A stretch of 41,374 nucleotides of DNA from an uncultured Candidatus Saccharibacteria bacterium (GCA_964360995.1 CAYHYZ010000005.1:1-41374), one strand, 5' to 3'; counted from the first letter of the stretch, positions 1 to 8,293 are shown. The notes: generated by a model from the letters alone, not told the origin. Translations and numbers: made by a program.

Positions 1-124
1 GTGGTGGCAATGGCGCACTTGAAACTGATACGAGGGACGGAGAAATTGCTTCTCCCCCAGAGATACCAAGCGCGCGCTCTATGCGAGAGAGTCTCTGATT
101 AATTTCTTGAAGTTCGTTTGCCAT
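1..124 (-). CDS. hypothetical protein, 5' part only (runs off window start)
   Basis: ATG at 124-122 opens a stop-free frame to base 1 (MANELQEINQRLSRIERALGISGGEAISPSLVSVSSAPLPP...). It lies 27 nt downstream of the stop of the 152-562 gene on the same strand and is too short for the ORF track. Confidence 0.3.
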   Translation of the reverse strand, partial: MANELQEINQRLSRIERALGISGGEAISPSLVSVSSAPLPP

Positions 125-151
125 ATATAAATAGATAATAATTACTTTGCG

Positions 152-562
152 CTAAAAAATGTAGTCGAGCGCGGACAGCCCAGCAAATACTCCAATAATG
201 AGATGCACCGTTGTAAATCCTCGCATAAAGGAACCGCGGGGTGCGCTGCGAAATAGAGAAATGGCAAGTGCATCTGAACCGAGAAGAATACCGAACCCCA
301 TGAGCGTACTTAACATATTCCAATGACTCATGAGACCTTCAAAAATCCACACCGTAAATATACCGCTCGCAAATAGTCCTGCAATAGATCCCCACCCTAC
401 TCCAGTGCTCCCACTATGCGTGCGTTGGCGATCAACAATCGTAAAAGAATCATCAATATCTTCTTCTATGTACCCCGCAATAAGTAGTGCATTTCGAATA
501 TCAATGTCCGAATGCGTTCCGCGGTGACGCTCGATATATTGTGCGGCTTGCTCAACTATCAT
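152..562 (-). CDS. small integral membrane protein, function unknown
   Basis: ORF 152-865 trimmed to the ATG at 562 (MIVEQAAQYIERH...) because the longer form overlaps tsaD. A soluble ~45-aa head is followed by three hydrophobic helices (WGSIAGLFASGIFTVWIF, LSTLMGFGILLGSDALAISLF, VHLIIGVFAGLSAL). Confidence 0.55.
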   Translation of the reverse strand: MIVEQAAQYIERHRGTHSDIDIRNALLIAGYIEEDIDDSFTIVDRQRTHSGSTGVGWGSIAGLFASGIFTVWIFEGLMSHWNMLSTLMGFGILLGSDALAISLFRSAPRGSFMRGFTTVHLIIGVFAGLSALDYIF

Positions 563-635
563 TTTCTCTATAGTACCATTCGGAATTTGATCATGCTTGC
601 GCGCTGTGCAGAAAATCGACACAATTGCATCACGT

Positions 636-1787
636 ATGAATCCTGAGCACACTCGCATACTATCTATAGAAACCTCCTGTGATGAAACAGCGATTGCGGT
701 ACTTGAAGGCACTGGCGGACTTTCTGCGCCGCAATTTCGAGTTCTTGCGAGCGAGGTTTTTTCGCAAATTGATTTACATGCCGCCTGGGGTGGCGTGGTG
801 CCAAACCTTGCCCGTCGCGAACACGAACAAAAATTAATTCCCGTGTTATCTGCGGCACTCAACACTGCGGATCTCCTTAAGAAAAAATCTGCTGCATCTC
901 CGGTAGATCTTTCTTCAATACTTAACAGAGAAACAACGCTTCGCCCTCTTGCTGAAACATTTCTGGCGAGTCACGAACGCCCCGACGTTGAAATGATTGC
1001 GGTCACGGTGGGTCCAGGCCTTGAGCCTGCACTTTGGACTGGGATAAATTTGGCGCGAGCACTCGCGAGTACTTGGAACTTACCTATTATTCCGGTTAAT
1101 CACATGGCGGGGCACATCGTAGCCTCACTACTCCCAACAAAGGAGGGAGTGACAAAAGATAAAATTTTATTCCCCGCGCTCGCGCTTCTCGTCTCTGGTG
1201 GGCACACTGAACTTGTACTTGCGTCCGCGTGGGGAAAATATGAAGTCATTGGATCTACGCGCGATGACGCTGCGGGAGAGGCGTTTGATAAAACGGCGCG
1301 ACTACTTGATCTTCCGTATCCCGGAGGTCCTGCGCTTTCCGCGCTCGCGCGTTCCGGCAAAAGGGACGCTGTTCCGCTCCCCCGTCCCATGATGAATGAA
1401 AAGAATTTGGACTTTAGTTTTTCGGGACTCAAAACTGCAGTGCGCTATCATCTCCGCGACAATCCAGATGCAAACCGCGCGGATCTTGCAGCAAGTATTG
1501 AAGAGGCAATCTGCGAAGTACTTATCAAAAAAACATTTCGGGGAGTTGAGAAAACTGAAGCGCGCACGCTTATTCTTGGTGGAGGTGTTGCCGCAAACAC
1601 GCGTCTCCGATTTTTAATGGAGCAAAAAAATGTTGCCGAAGGTCGCCCTGTCACACTTCTCCTCCCGCACCCATCACTCACCACCGATAACGCCGCCATG
1701 ATTGGTGCGGCAGGATACATTAATTCACTTCGCAACGGCGCGGCAGATCCAGACTCCCTCCGAGCAGATGGATCGTTGTTGTTATAA
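636..1787 (+). CDS. tsaD: tRNA N6-adenosine threonylcarbamoyltransferase TsaD (Kae1/Gcp family)
   Basis: Family motifs SIETSCDETAIAV, HMAGHI, LLVSGGHTEL, DAAGEAFDKTARLL. Start placed at ATG 636 (MNPEHTRILSIETSCDET); the longest ORF starts at 597. Confidence 0.93.
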   Translation: MNPEHTRILSIETSCDETAIAVLEGTGGLSAPQFRVLASEVFSQIDLHAAWGGVVPNLARREHEQKLIPVLSAALNTADLLKKKSAASPVDLSSILNRETTLRPLAETFLASHERPDVEMIAVTVGPGLEPALWTGINLARALASTWNLPIIPVNHMAGHIVASLLPTKEGVTKDKILFPALALLVSGGHTELVLASAWGKYEVIGSTRDDAAGEAFDKTARLLDLPYPGGPALSALARSGKRDAVPLPRPMMNEKNLDFSFSGLKTAVRYHLRDNPDANRADLAASIEEAICEVLIKKTFRGVEKTEARTLILGGGVAANTRLRFLMEQKNVAEGRPVTLLLPHPSLTTDNAAMIGAAGYINSLRNGAADPDSLRADGSLLL

Positions 1788-1793
1788 AAGAAA

Positions 1794-1832
1794 AGAGCCG
1801 CCAACTTCTTCAAAAAAGAAGTTGGCGGCTCT
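1794..1832 (-). terminator. intrinsic terminator hairpin between convergent tsaD and the 1843-2469 gene
   Basis: Perfect 17-bp stem agagccgccaacttctt / aagaagttggcggctct (1794-1810 / 1816-1832) with a 5-nt loop. On the minus strand it is followed by TTTTCTTTTAT. Confidence 0.75.
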
Positions 1833-1842
1833 GGTTACGACC

Positions 1843-2469
1843 CTACGATTTGGAGGCAACGAACGCGAACGCGGAGTTACGATCCCACTCACGGCCAGGC
1901 CTGTCGTAACGCGAACTGAGCACTGGTGTGGTGTCGCTGCGACTGGTGCATAGTAAGAACGGCTTACCATCGATGGCGTGGATGGGCTCATGCATGGTTA
2001 TGATCGAGACAAACCCCATCACCTCAATACTGTCATCCGGCAACTTCTCACGAATGAGACACGCTTCTTCGATGCTTGGTTCAAAAAAAGCACGCTTTCT
2101 AGCCTCAAAGCGCACCTCTCGGGTAGTCCGATACTGATTCGGCCAACACGTGCCCCTGAGAACAGCGACTTCGGTCGTAACACCGTTAGTCGGCTTGAAT
2201 TCCGACGACAAGAGTATCTGTTTGGCATCATCCATGACGCAGCAGCCCTTGCGCTCCAGACGATTGATCCAATCCTCTCCTGCTGTGCCGTCGCTCGTGA
2301 CTGAAAAATAGATGACGCCGTCTATCTCGTACCACTGATGGGGAATAGTAAGCCGGGACAGTACGACCTTGAGCGCCAGCGGCATCTCGATCCAGTACTG
2401 CATGGCTTCTCTATCCAACTCGGGAAGGTTTTCGATGATCCGAGAAATGAGTTTCGCAAATTGCTTCAT
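1843..2469 (-). CDS. hypothetical protein (208 aa), no recognisable family
   Basis: Intact ORF with a strong SD (AAGGAGGG, 10 nt before ATG 2469) and its own terminator. Visibly more G+C-rich than its neighbours. Confidence 0.7.
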   Translation of the reverse strand: MKQFAKLISRIIENLPELDREAMQYWIEMPLALKVVLSRLTIPHQWYEIDGVIYFSVTSDGTAGEDWINRLERKGCCVMDDAKQILLSSEFKPTNGVTTEVAVLRGTCWPNQYRTTREVRFEARKRAFFEPSIEEACLIREKLPDDSIEVMGFVSIITMHEPIHAIDGKPFLLCTSRSDTTPVLSSRYDRPGREWDRNSAFAFVASKS

Positions 2470-2603
2470 GGCGGTTTTTCCCTCCTTGGGTTTTCGCCGT
2501 AGTAAAAGTACTGAAATACTTATACATGAGATTCATCACTATGTCAATGGTGCGCACTCATTCTGACTGGTCATTTCGTGCCAAATGCTTACTATAGGTA
2601 CAC

Positions 2604-4685
2604 ATGACTGAAATTCCAAAGGCATACGACCCAAAAGCAACAGAAAAGGATATTTATACGCGCTGGCTGGAAAGCGGATTCTTCAATCCGGATAATCTAC
2701 CCGAGCGCAATCAGTCGGGTGAACCATTTACCATCATGCTCCCTCCACCAAATATCACCGGGAGCCTGCATATGGGCCATGCGCTTAATGCGGCCATTCA
2801 AGACATTCTTATCCGTAAGCGCCGTATGGAAGGATACAAAACATTATGGCTTCCGGGTACGGACCACGCGGGAATCGCCACACAAAACGTGGTTGAGAAA
2901 AAACTTCGCAAAGATGGAACATCACGGCACGAATTGGGGCGCGAAAAATTTGAGGAGGAAATTTGGAAATGGAAAGAAGAATACGGAAATATTATTCTCT
3001 CGCAACTCAAAGAACTAGGCGCGTCTTGCGATTGGTCACGCGCGAGGTTCACCATGGATCCGGACTACCAGAAAGAAGTTGCGGAGGCGTTTATGCATTA
3101 CTACAACAAAGGCCTTATCTATCAGGGTGAGCGCGTGGTGAATTGGTGCCCGAGATGTGCTACGAGTATTTCAGACTTGGAAGTTGCTCGCAAAGAAGAA
3201 CAAGCGACACTCTATTATATTTCCTACCCTATTAAAGATTCCGAGGAATCAATCACTGTTGCCACTGTGCGTCCCGAAACAATGCTCGGAGATTCCGCGG
3301 TTGCGGTGCATCCATCAGATGAGCGGTATAAGGCGCTTGTCGGAAAGACCGTCTTGCTTCCTATTATGAATAGGGAGATTCCGGTTGTTGCTGACCGTGT
3401 GATTGAAAAAGAATTTGGAACAGGTGCGGTGAAAGTCACGCCCGCACATGACATGGCAGACTGGGATATTGGCGAGCGCAACAAACTCCCTATTCACAAA
3501 ATTATTGATGAGCGTGGGCGCATGACCGCTGAAGCCGGCGCGGATTTTGAGGGACTCAAAGTTGCAGAGGCGCGTGCGAAAGCAATTGAACAATTAACGT
3601 CGCTTGGACGATTGGTTAAAACGGAGTTATATACACACCAACTCGCGCTCTGTGATCGCTGTGGAACCGTGGTGGAGCCGCTCGTTTCAAAACAATGGTT
3701 TCTTAAAATGAAAGATCTTGCCGCGCAGGCAAAAGAAGCGGTGAAGTCGGGGCGCGTAAAGTTTTATCCGGAACGTTGGCAAAAAACGTATATTGATTGG
3801 TTAGATAATATTCGCGACTGGTGTATTTCGAGACAACTCTGGTGGGGACATAAAATCCCACTCGATGGCGTAGATGAAGTACTTGATACGTGGTTTTCGT
3901 CTGCGCTCTGGCCATTTGCAACACTGAAAGGTAAAGATCGTGATGTATTTTATCCGGGAAATGTGCTTTCAACGGCACGCGACATCATTAACTTGTGGGT
4001 TGCACGTATGATTTATTCGGGGCAAGAGTATATGGGACGCGAGCCATTTACGGACGTCATCATTCACGCCACAATCCTCGCAAAGTCTGGGGAACGCATG
4101 TCGAAATCAAAAGGGACTGGCATTGATCCGCTCACGCTCGTGAGTGAATTTGGTGCGGACGCAACGCGCTTTGGGCTTATCTGGCAAGCGATGGGCGGGC
4201 AAGATATTCGTTGGGCCGATGAGTCGGTACGCGCAGGAAGAAAGTTGCTCAATAAAATATGGAATGCCTCGCGCCTCATTCTGATGTGTCGCGGAGACAA
4301 AGAAATTGTACTCTCCGACACTGCACCGTCACCAACACGCGCCGTAAATATAGCAATCGTAAAACGCATAAATGAGATTACTGCGGAAGTAAGCAATATG
4401 ATTGATGCGTATGATTTTGGACAAGCACTCCACACGCTCTATGATTTCTTTTGGCATGAATTTTGCGATAAATATTTGGAGGACATTAAATCCGATGAAC
4501 TCTCAACACTTGATGAAACAACGGAAACAGCACTCTGGGCACTTGGTGTACAGCTGAAACTCTTTCATCCATTTATCCCATTTGTGACTGAACATATTTG
4601 GGGGCAACTCCCAAAGCGTCATGATACACTACTCATAGTAGCTTCATGGCCGAATTCGCAGCAGCAGCATACGCAAGCATCATAA
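2604..4685 (+). CDS. valS: valine--tRNA ligase, short form (693 aa)
   Basis: PPPNITGSLHMGHA (HIGH), RMSKSKG (KMSKS), editing-domain TVRPETMLGDSAVAVHP, WCISRQLWWGH. The C-terminus ends soon after the anticodon-binding region, with no coiled-coil tail. Confidence 0.93.
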   Translation: MTEIPKAYDPKATEKDIYTRWLESGFFNPDNLPERNQSGEPFTIMLPPPNITGSLHMGHALNAAIQDILIRKRRMEGYKTLWLPGTDHAGIATQNVVEKKLRKDGTSRHELGREKFEEEIWKWKEEYGNIILSQLKELGASCDWSRARFTMDPDYQKEVAEAFMHYYNKGLIYQGERVVNWCPRCATSISDLEVARKEEQATLYYISYPIKDSEESITVATVRPETMLGDSAVAVHPSDERYKALVGKTVLLPIMNREIPVVADRVIEKEFGTGAVKVTPAHDMADWDIGERNKLPIHKIIDERGRMTAEAGADFEGLKVAEARAKAIEQLTSLGRLVKTELYTHQLALCDRCGTVVEPLVSKQWFLKMKDLAAQAKEAVKSGRVKFYPERWQKTYIDWLDNIRDWCISRQLWWGHKIPLDGVDEVLDTWFSSALWPFATLKGKDRDVFYPGNVLSTARDIINLWVARMIYSGQEYMGREPFTDVIIHATILAKSGERMSKSKGTGIDPLTLVSEFGADATRFGLIWQAMGGQDIRWADESVRAGRKLLNKIWNASRLILMCRGDKEIVLSDTAPSPTRAVNIAIVKRINEITAEVSNMIDAYDFGQALHTLYDFFWHEFCDKYLEDIKSDELSTLDETTETALWALGVQLKLFHPFIPFVTEHIWGQLPKRHDTLLIVASWPNSQQQHTQAS

Positions 4686-5416
4686 CCACCGGAGGGTTTG
4701 CCTTTCTGGGAGGGTACATCCCCACGTTCGTATGGGTGTATTTTTGGGCGCACGAAGATTGTCACCCTGAACCGAAACGGCTACTCGTATACGCATTCCT
4801 TGCGGGAATGGCGGCAATTCCTGCGGCAGTGCTTTTGGAACTCTGGTGGAGTGAAATTCTTGAAACATACATGAAATTGCAGGCTACACCCGAGATGCTT
4901 GCAACGTGGCAATACACCGGATGGGCATTTATTGAAGAAATTATGAAATACGCACTTATCAGCTGGGTCATTTTCTGGAGACGCGACTTTGATGAGCCGG
5001 TGGACGCGATGATTTATATGATGACGGGCGCACTGGGATTTGCCGCGCTCGAAAATATGCTCTATTTAATCCCGAGCTTTCAAGAAACACTTGCATCCGG
5101 CGTCGCGCTCACCGGCGTTCGCTTTGCGGGAGCCTCACTACTGCACGCGCTCGCAAGCGGGATTGTCGGATTTTACCTCGCACATAATTTTTGCCGCAGT
5201 CGCGGGGCTTGGATATTCGGCGCAGTGCTCGGTATTACGCTCGCCTCTCTGCTTCACGCGGTGTTTAATTTGTTATTACTTTCCAATGCCGGAGAAACAA
5301 TCGCCCCGGTGATTGTACTACTAAGCATATCGGGCGTGTTCCTTATTTTTGCGTTTGATCACATTAAATTAATCCATCAAACCTGCGCCATACACGCGGT
5401 AGATAGCGATATTTGA
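4646..5416 (+). CDS. PrsW-family intramembrane metalloprotease
   Basis: Polytopic membrane protein with PrsW signatures FIEEIMKYAL (EExxK), GALGFAALENMLY, LLHALASG and LLHAVFNLL (HxxxN). Overlaps the valS end by 40 nt. Confidence 0.8.
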   Translation: MAEFAAAAYASIITTGGFAFLGGYIPTFVWVYFWAHEDCHPEPKRLLVYAFLAGMAAIPAAVLLELWWSEILETYMKLQATPEMLATWQYTGWAFIEEIMKYALISWVIFWRRDFDEPVDAMIYMMTGALGFAALENMLYLIPSFQETLASGVALTGVRFAGASLLHALASGIVGFYLAHNFCRSRGAWIFGAVLGITLASLLHAVFNLLLLSNAGETIAPVIVLLSISGVFLIFAFDHIKLIHQTCAIHAVDSDI

Positions 5417-5479
5417 TAATTGTGCACATTTTTCACATATCGACGTGGTGCAAAGCAATATATCGAGTATAATATTTCC

Positions 5480-5959
5480 ATGGCTCGTCACAAACCTACG
5501 TTTTTCGAACGATTGACCGGAAGTGTAAGCGTCACCAATTTTGACGACGAAGCGCCGGTAACCCGTCCAACTCGATCGAATGCTAATGTTATCATCACTT
5601 CTGCTGAAGAAGTTGAGGAAACCGAAGAAGAGGGGCAGCTCACGATCGATATGTATCAAAATGAAGATGAAATTGTGGTGCAAGCATTTGTTGCTGGGGT
5701 GCGCCTCGATGAACTTGATGTCACTGTGACGCAAGAAATGCTCACGCTCAAGGGCCGCCGCGAGGCCCCTACCGATCGTGACCCGGACAGCTTTTACTAT
5801 CAAGAACTCTATTGGGGAGCATTCTCCCGCTCTGTGATGCTTCCACAGGAGGTAGATGTAGATGAGGCGCAGGCCTCACTCAAGAATGGGCTACTCACCA
5901 TTCGTCTCCGTCGCTTAGATCGTGCCCGCACCCAACGGCTCAAGGTCAAACACGAATAG
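5480..5959 (+). CDS. Hsp20/alpha-crystallin small heat-shock protein
   Basis: Alpha-crystallin domain LTIDMYQNEDEIVVQAFVAGVRLDELDVTV...LKNGLLTIRLRR. Start moved to ATG 5480 (MARHKPTFFERL); TATAAT at 5468-5473 lies 6 nt upstream. Confidence 0.88.
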   Translation: MARHKPTFFERLTGSVSVTNFDDEAPVTRPTRSNANVIITSAEEVEETEEEGQLTIDMYQNEDEIVVQAFVAGVRLDELDVTVTQEMLTLKGRREAPTDRDPDSFYYQELYWGAFSRSVMLPQEVDVDEAQASLKNGLLTIRLRRLDRARTQRLKVKHE

Positions 5960-5965
5960 AGACGT

Positions 5966-6013
5966 AAAAAAATCACCCCATCCCGATGTATACCGGGACG
6001 GGGTGATTTTGTT
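5966..6013. terminator. bidirectional intrinsic terminator (hsp20 / pilin, convergent)
   Basis: Stem atcacccca-tcccg / cgggacggggtgat (5972-5985 / 5994-6007, one mismatch), flanked by an A7 run on the left and TTTTGTT on the right. Confidence 0.75.
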
Positions 6014-6014
6014 G

Positions 6015-6713
6015 CTAGTCCTGGCAGGTACCTGGAATTTCTGCTGTACTGTTTTCATCTGAAAATTGACAGGTGTTTCTGCATAGAATTCTCACGACAT
6101 TGTCCGATTGGGAATCGTTTGGAGACCCTGTGGTAAACGGTCCGCGTGAATATAACACACGATACGCGTTTCCTGCTTGCGTAGCATTTTCACAACCTTT
6201 TGTAGTGGTAACATCTCCATTTGGGAAGCACCGATAATCGGGATCAAACCAATACGGCCTTCCCCATGGATCAATAAGATTTGTTGTCAGGTATGGTCCT
6301 TTCCAATTATTGTATTCGCCATCGTTCACCACGATGCCCGCAAATCCATCGTGATTTCCATCATCAAACTCTCCAGTTACTGGAAACTCAACGCCATCAT
6401 TCCAGTTGTTGTAGATAGTTCGCGTTGGCTGAATTGCGGCGTTTTCGTTGTCATCCTCCCCACACTGTCCTGCGATATTTTTTCCAATACTCAAGCCGGC
6501 GTCCATCTCAAGATTAAACACGGCGATCGAAATATCGTATAAATCTGATTGTGCCTTAGCGTGTAGCGCACGAATGCGCGCTTCACTGAGCTGTGTGAAA
6601 ACAATGGAGGCAAGAAGCCCAATAATGGATATGACAACCAGCAGTTCAATTAACGTAAAAGCTTGGGTGTTTTTTAAGGTCACAACATTAGTCTTCCGCT
6701 GCATGTGTGTCAA
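6015..6713 (-). CDS. type IV pilin / pseudopilin with class III (prepilin) signal
   Basis: N-terminus ...KNTQA|FTLIELLVVISIIGLLASIVF is the canonical prepilin peptidase site plus hydrophobic helix. A variable globular C-terminal domain with Cys pairs follows. Confidence 0.88.
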   Translation of the reverse strand: MTHMQRKTNVVTLKNTQAFTLIELLVVISIIGLLASIVFTQLSEARIRALHAKAQSDLYDISIAVFNLEMDAGLSIGKNIAGQCGEDDNENAAIQPTRTIYNNWNDGVEFPVTGEFDDGNHDGFAGIVVNDGEYNNWKGPYLTTNLIDPWGRPYWFDPDYRCFPNGDVTTTKGCENATQAGNAYRVLYSRGPFTTGSPNDSQSDNVVRILCRNTCQFSDENSTAEIPGTCQD

Positions 6714-6960
6714 TTTGTGCGCGAGAGTAGTTTGAGGTTGTGCCGGAATTAATAATAATCAGCATAGAAAGTGAAGTGAACACAATAATGCAGACGATGA
6801 GTGTCATATTCGCCTGTGATTCTGTACGAATAATATCTGGGAAACTAGACATTAAGATCCCAACCATGCCACGTTTTGGGCGAGGTAAAATTTCAAAAGA
6901 TGTTGGCTCTATAAATCGGATGTCTTTCCCGACGGGCATAAAAATATCATACCACGCGGC

Positions 6961-7677
6961 CTACATAATCTGCCCCCCAAGGCCTTCTATCCACCCCATA
7001 ATACGGTGAAATAACTGTGTATTGTTCACCCGGATTTGGATTGTTCCATAAGGAAGCCTCGCGTGTGGCCGTTTGTGGCGACTAGAAAGACTAACCCCAT
7101 AATAAAACTTTCCAAAATTTTGAGCGGGTAGTTGGATTATTTTTTGCCAATATTGTAATACTAAGCTTTCATTCATGTGCTCATATATTCGTACGTCGGC
7201 ACGGATATGCTCATTTTCTACTTCACATATTTCGCGTAAAAATCTCATAAACATTGCAACTAGAAGTGGATCGCTGTTGGTAAGCGCGACAGAATGATAT
7301 GTCCGCTCTTTGCCCAGTCGGACGTGTGGTCGTTTGTATCCTTCAGCCCAGTACAGCGCCGTGCCAATATATTTCAATTCTGCCGCAGACAACCGCTTAA
7401 TCTCCTTAGCTGCTCTGGCCCTTCCAGTCCGCATGCGTAAAAGCGCATCGTGAGTCTGCTTTTTATTCCTCTTTACTATTCCGTTGAGAGTGCCCGTGTA
7501 GGCTTTTTTGCGGAGAATATTCTGTGCTTTTTCAGATAAGATGGCGCCAGAAAACCATGTAGAAAGTGTGCTTTTAGATATACCAAGCTGCTTACCTATT
7601 TCTGAATACGAATACCCTTTTAATCTTAGCGCTAAAGCTTTGTGTTTGTCTGGTCGCATTACTTTAAAGTATAGCAC
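6961..7677 (-). CDS. HTH + LAGLIDADG-like homing-endonuclease-family protein (free-standing)
   Basis: N-terminal HTH (GYSYSEIGKQLGISKSTLSTW) followed by IGTALYWAEGYK...VALTNSDPLLVAMFMRFLREI, which resembles a single LAGLIDADG motif block with an acidic residue before Gly. Assignment is by motif only. Confidence 0.5.
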   Translation of the reverse strand: MLYFKVMRPDKHKALALRLKGYSYSEIGKQLGISKSTLSTWFSGAILSEKAQNILRKKAYTGTLNGIVKRNKKQTHDALLRMRTGRARAAKEIKRLSAAELKYIGTALYWAEGYKRPHVRLGKERTYHSVALTNSDPLLVAMFMRFLREICEVENEHIRADVRIYEHMNESLVLQYWQKIIQLPAQNFGKFYYGVSLSSRHKRPHARLPYGTIQIRVNNTQLFHRIMGWIEGLGGQIM

Positions 7678-7732
7678 GCCTGTTCAATATAACTGAGAAT
7701 ATGGTTGTGTCTATTCTCTTTTTTTATTTCTT

Positions 7733-7741
7733 TGATATACT
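7733..7741 (+). promoter_or_regulatory. extended -10 promoter element for tRNA-Phe
   Basis: TGATATACT (TGnTAtAcT) ends 10 nt before the first base of the mature tRNA at 7752. Confidence 0.4.
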
Positions 7742-7751
7742 GCACTCCATT

Positions 7752-8036
7752 GCCGAGGTAGCTCAGTGGTAGAGCGCATGCCTAAATCTTTGGGCCACGG
7801 CGTAGTAATACGCAGTGCAAATCGGGTGAATTCGGGGAAAACTCAATATTTTGAACAACCCCGAGCCAAGCCAGGCACTTTCATAAAGTGCTCGGAAGGT
7901 GTAGAGACTATCCTGTAAAGGAGTACTCTCCGAACGGAGGGGAAGCGCCCGACACCCTACTCGCAAGAGGGGTGATGATATAGTCCGACTCTTTTGGAAG
8001 AGCATGGCGTCGCGAGTTCAATTCTCGCCCTCGGCA
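7752..8036 (+). tRNA. tRNA-Phe(GAA), split by a group I intron (exons 7752-7783 and 7997-8036)
   Basis: Joined exons give a 72-nt cloverleaf: GCCGAGG/CCTCGGC acceptor, GCTC-AGTGGTA-GAGC D arm, CATGC/GCATG anticodon stem, loop CU-GAA-GA, GCGAG-TTCAATT-CTCGC T arm, discriminator A. CCA is not encoded. Confidence 0.85.
7784..7996 (+). ncRNA. group I self-splicing intron (IC3-like), no internal ORF
   Basis: The 5' exon ends in U33, which can pair as GCCU/GGGC (P1, U.G at the splice site). The last intron base is G (omega-G, 7996). The core strings CCGAGCCAAGC and GAAGGUGUAGAGACUA...UAGUC (P7 pairing) match my recollection of the Azoarcus/cyanobacterial tRNA introns. Confidence 0.85.
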
Positions 8037-8230
8037 CACGACAACCCTATAATCCCGGTAAGCCGAGATTATAGGGTTTCGTTTGTGGCGAGGAGAGCGA
8101 GCAACCTGCATTGCTCGCGACGAGAGTTGAAGGCCGGAGTATCCCCGCGAAGCGGGGCGCGAGGCGGGGTCGCAACCGAGCGCGATCACAAGCGAGAGTT
8201 GTGACCAATTGAGCCCTCGACACACGATAA
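8037..8230 (+). other. GC-rich structured element ending in a decayed copy of the tRNA-Phe 3' end
   Basis: Contains a perfect 12-bp hairpin (8043-8054/8068-8079), an 8-bp hairpin gcgagcaa/ttgctcgc, CCCCGC-GAA-GCGGGG, and GGTCGCAAC/GTTGTGACC, which needs a G.U pair only on the plus strand. The end gccctcgacacacgataa (8212-8230) repeats gccctcggcacacgacaa (8026-8044) at 16/18. Confidence 0.5.
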
Positions 8231-8231
8231 T

Positions 8232-8269
8232 AAAAAAAGGGGGTCAGCAGTTGCTGTGCCCCCTTTGTT
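8232..8269 (-). terminator. intrinsic terminator for the 8294-8614 gene
   Basis: GGGGG...CCCCC-closed hairpin (8239-8263). On the minus strand it is followed by T7 (plus-strand A-run 8232-8238). Confidence 0.8.
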
Positions 8270-8293
8270 AGCCACTCATGGTTCCCTCCTCCG

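Noticed and set aside
152-865. Full 237-aa version of the first membrane-protein ORF
   Set aside because: Its first ~100 codons are antisense to the tsaD start region and are Cys/Arg/Ser-rich junk. The ATG at 562 gives a clean 73-nt divergent spacer.
6688-7009. ORFs 6688-6939(-) and 6740-7009(+) between the pilin and the LAGLIDADG-like gene
   Set aside because: They are mutually exclusive, overlap neighbouring genes, lack an RBS and match no family. A short TM peptide (MTLIVCIIVFTSLSMLIIINS...) cannot be excluded but is not supportable from the sequence alone.
7781-8001. Alternative splice positions giving another anticodon (for example AAA, or a Leu-UAA-type insertion after U34)
   Set aside because: The 5-bp anticodon stem CATGC/GCATG fixes the loop. 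Only cleavage after U33 and after the G at 7996 gives both the U.G P1 pair and omega-G rule and a sensible anticodon (GAA). The other registers give AAA.
7763-8225. ORFs 7763-8005(-), 7908-8225(-) and 8004-8204(+) as possible intron-encoded homing endonuclease or element-encoded proteins
   Set aside because: They run through conserved group I core helices, tRNA exon 2 and GC-rich hairpins. They have no start context and no endonuclease motifs. The region is better explained as RNA.
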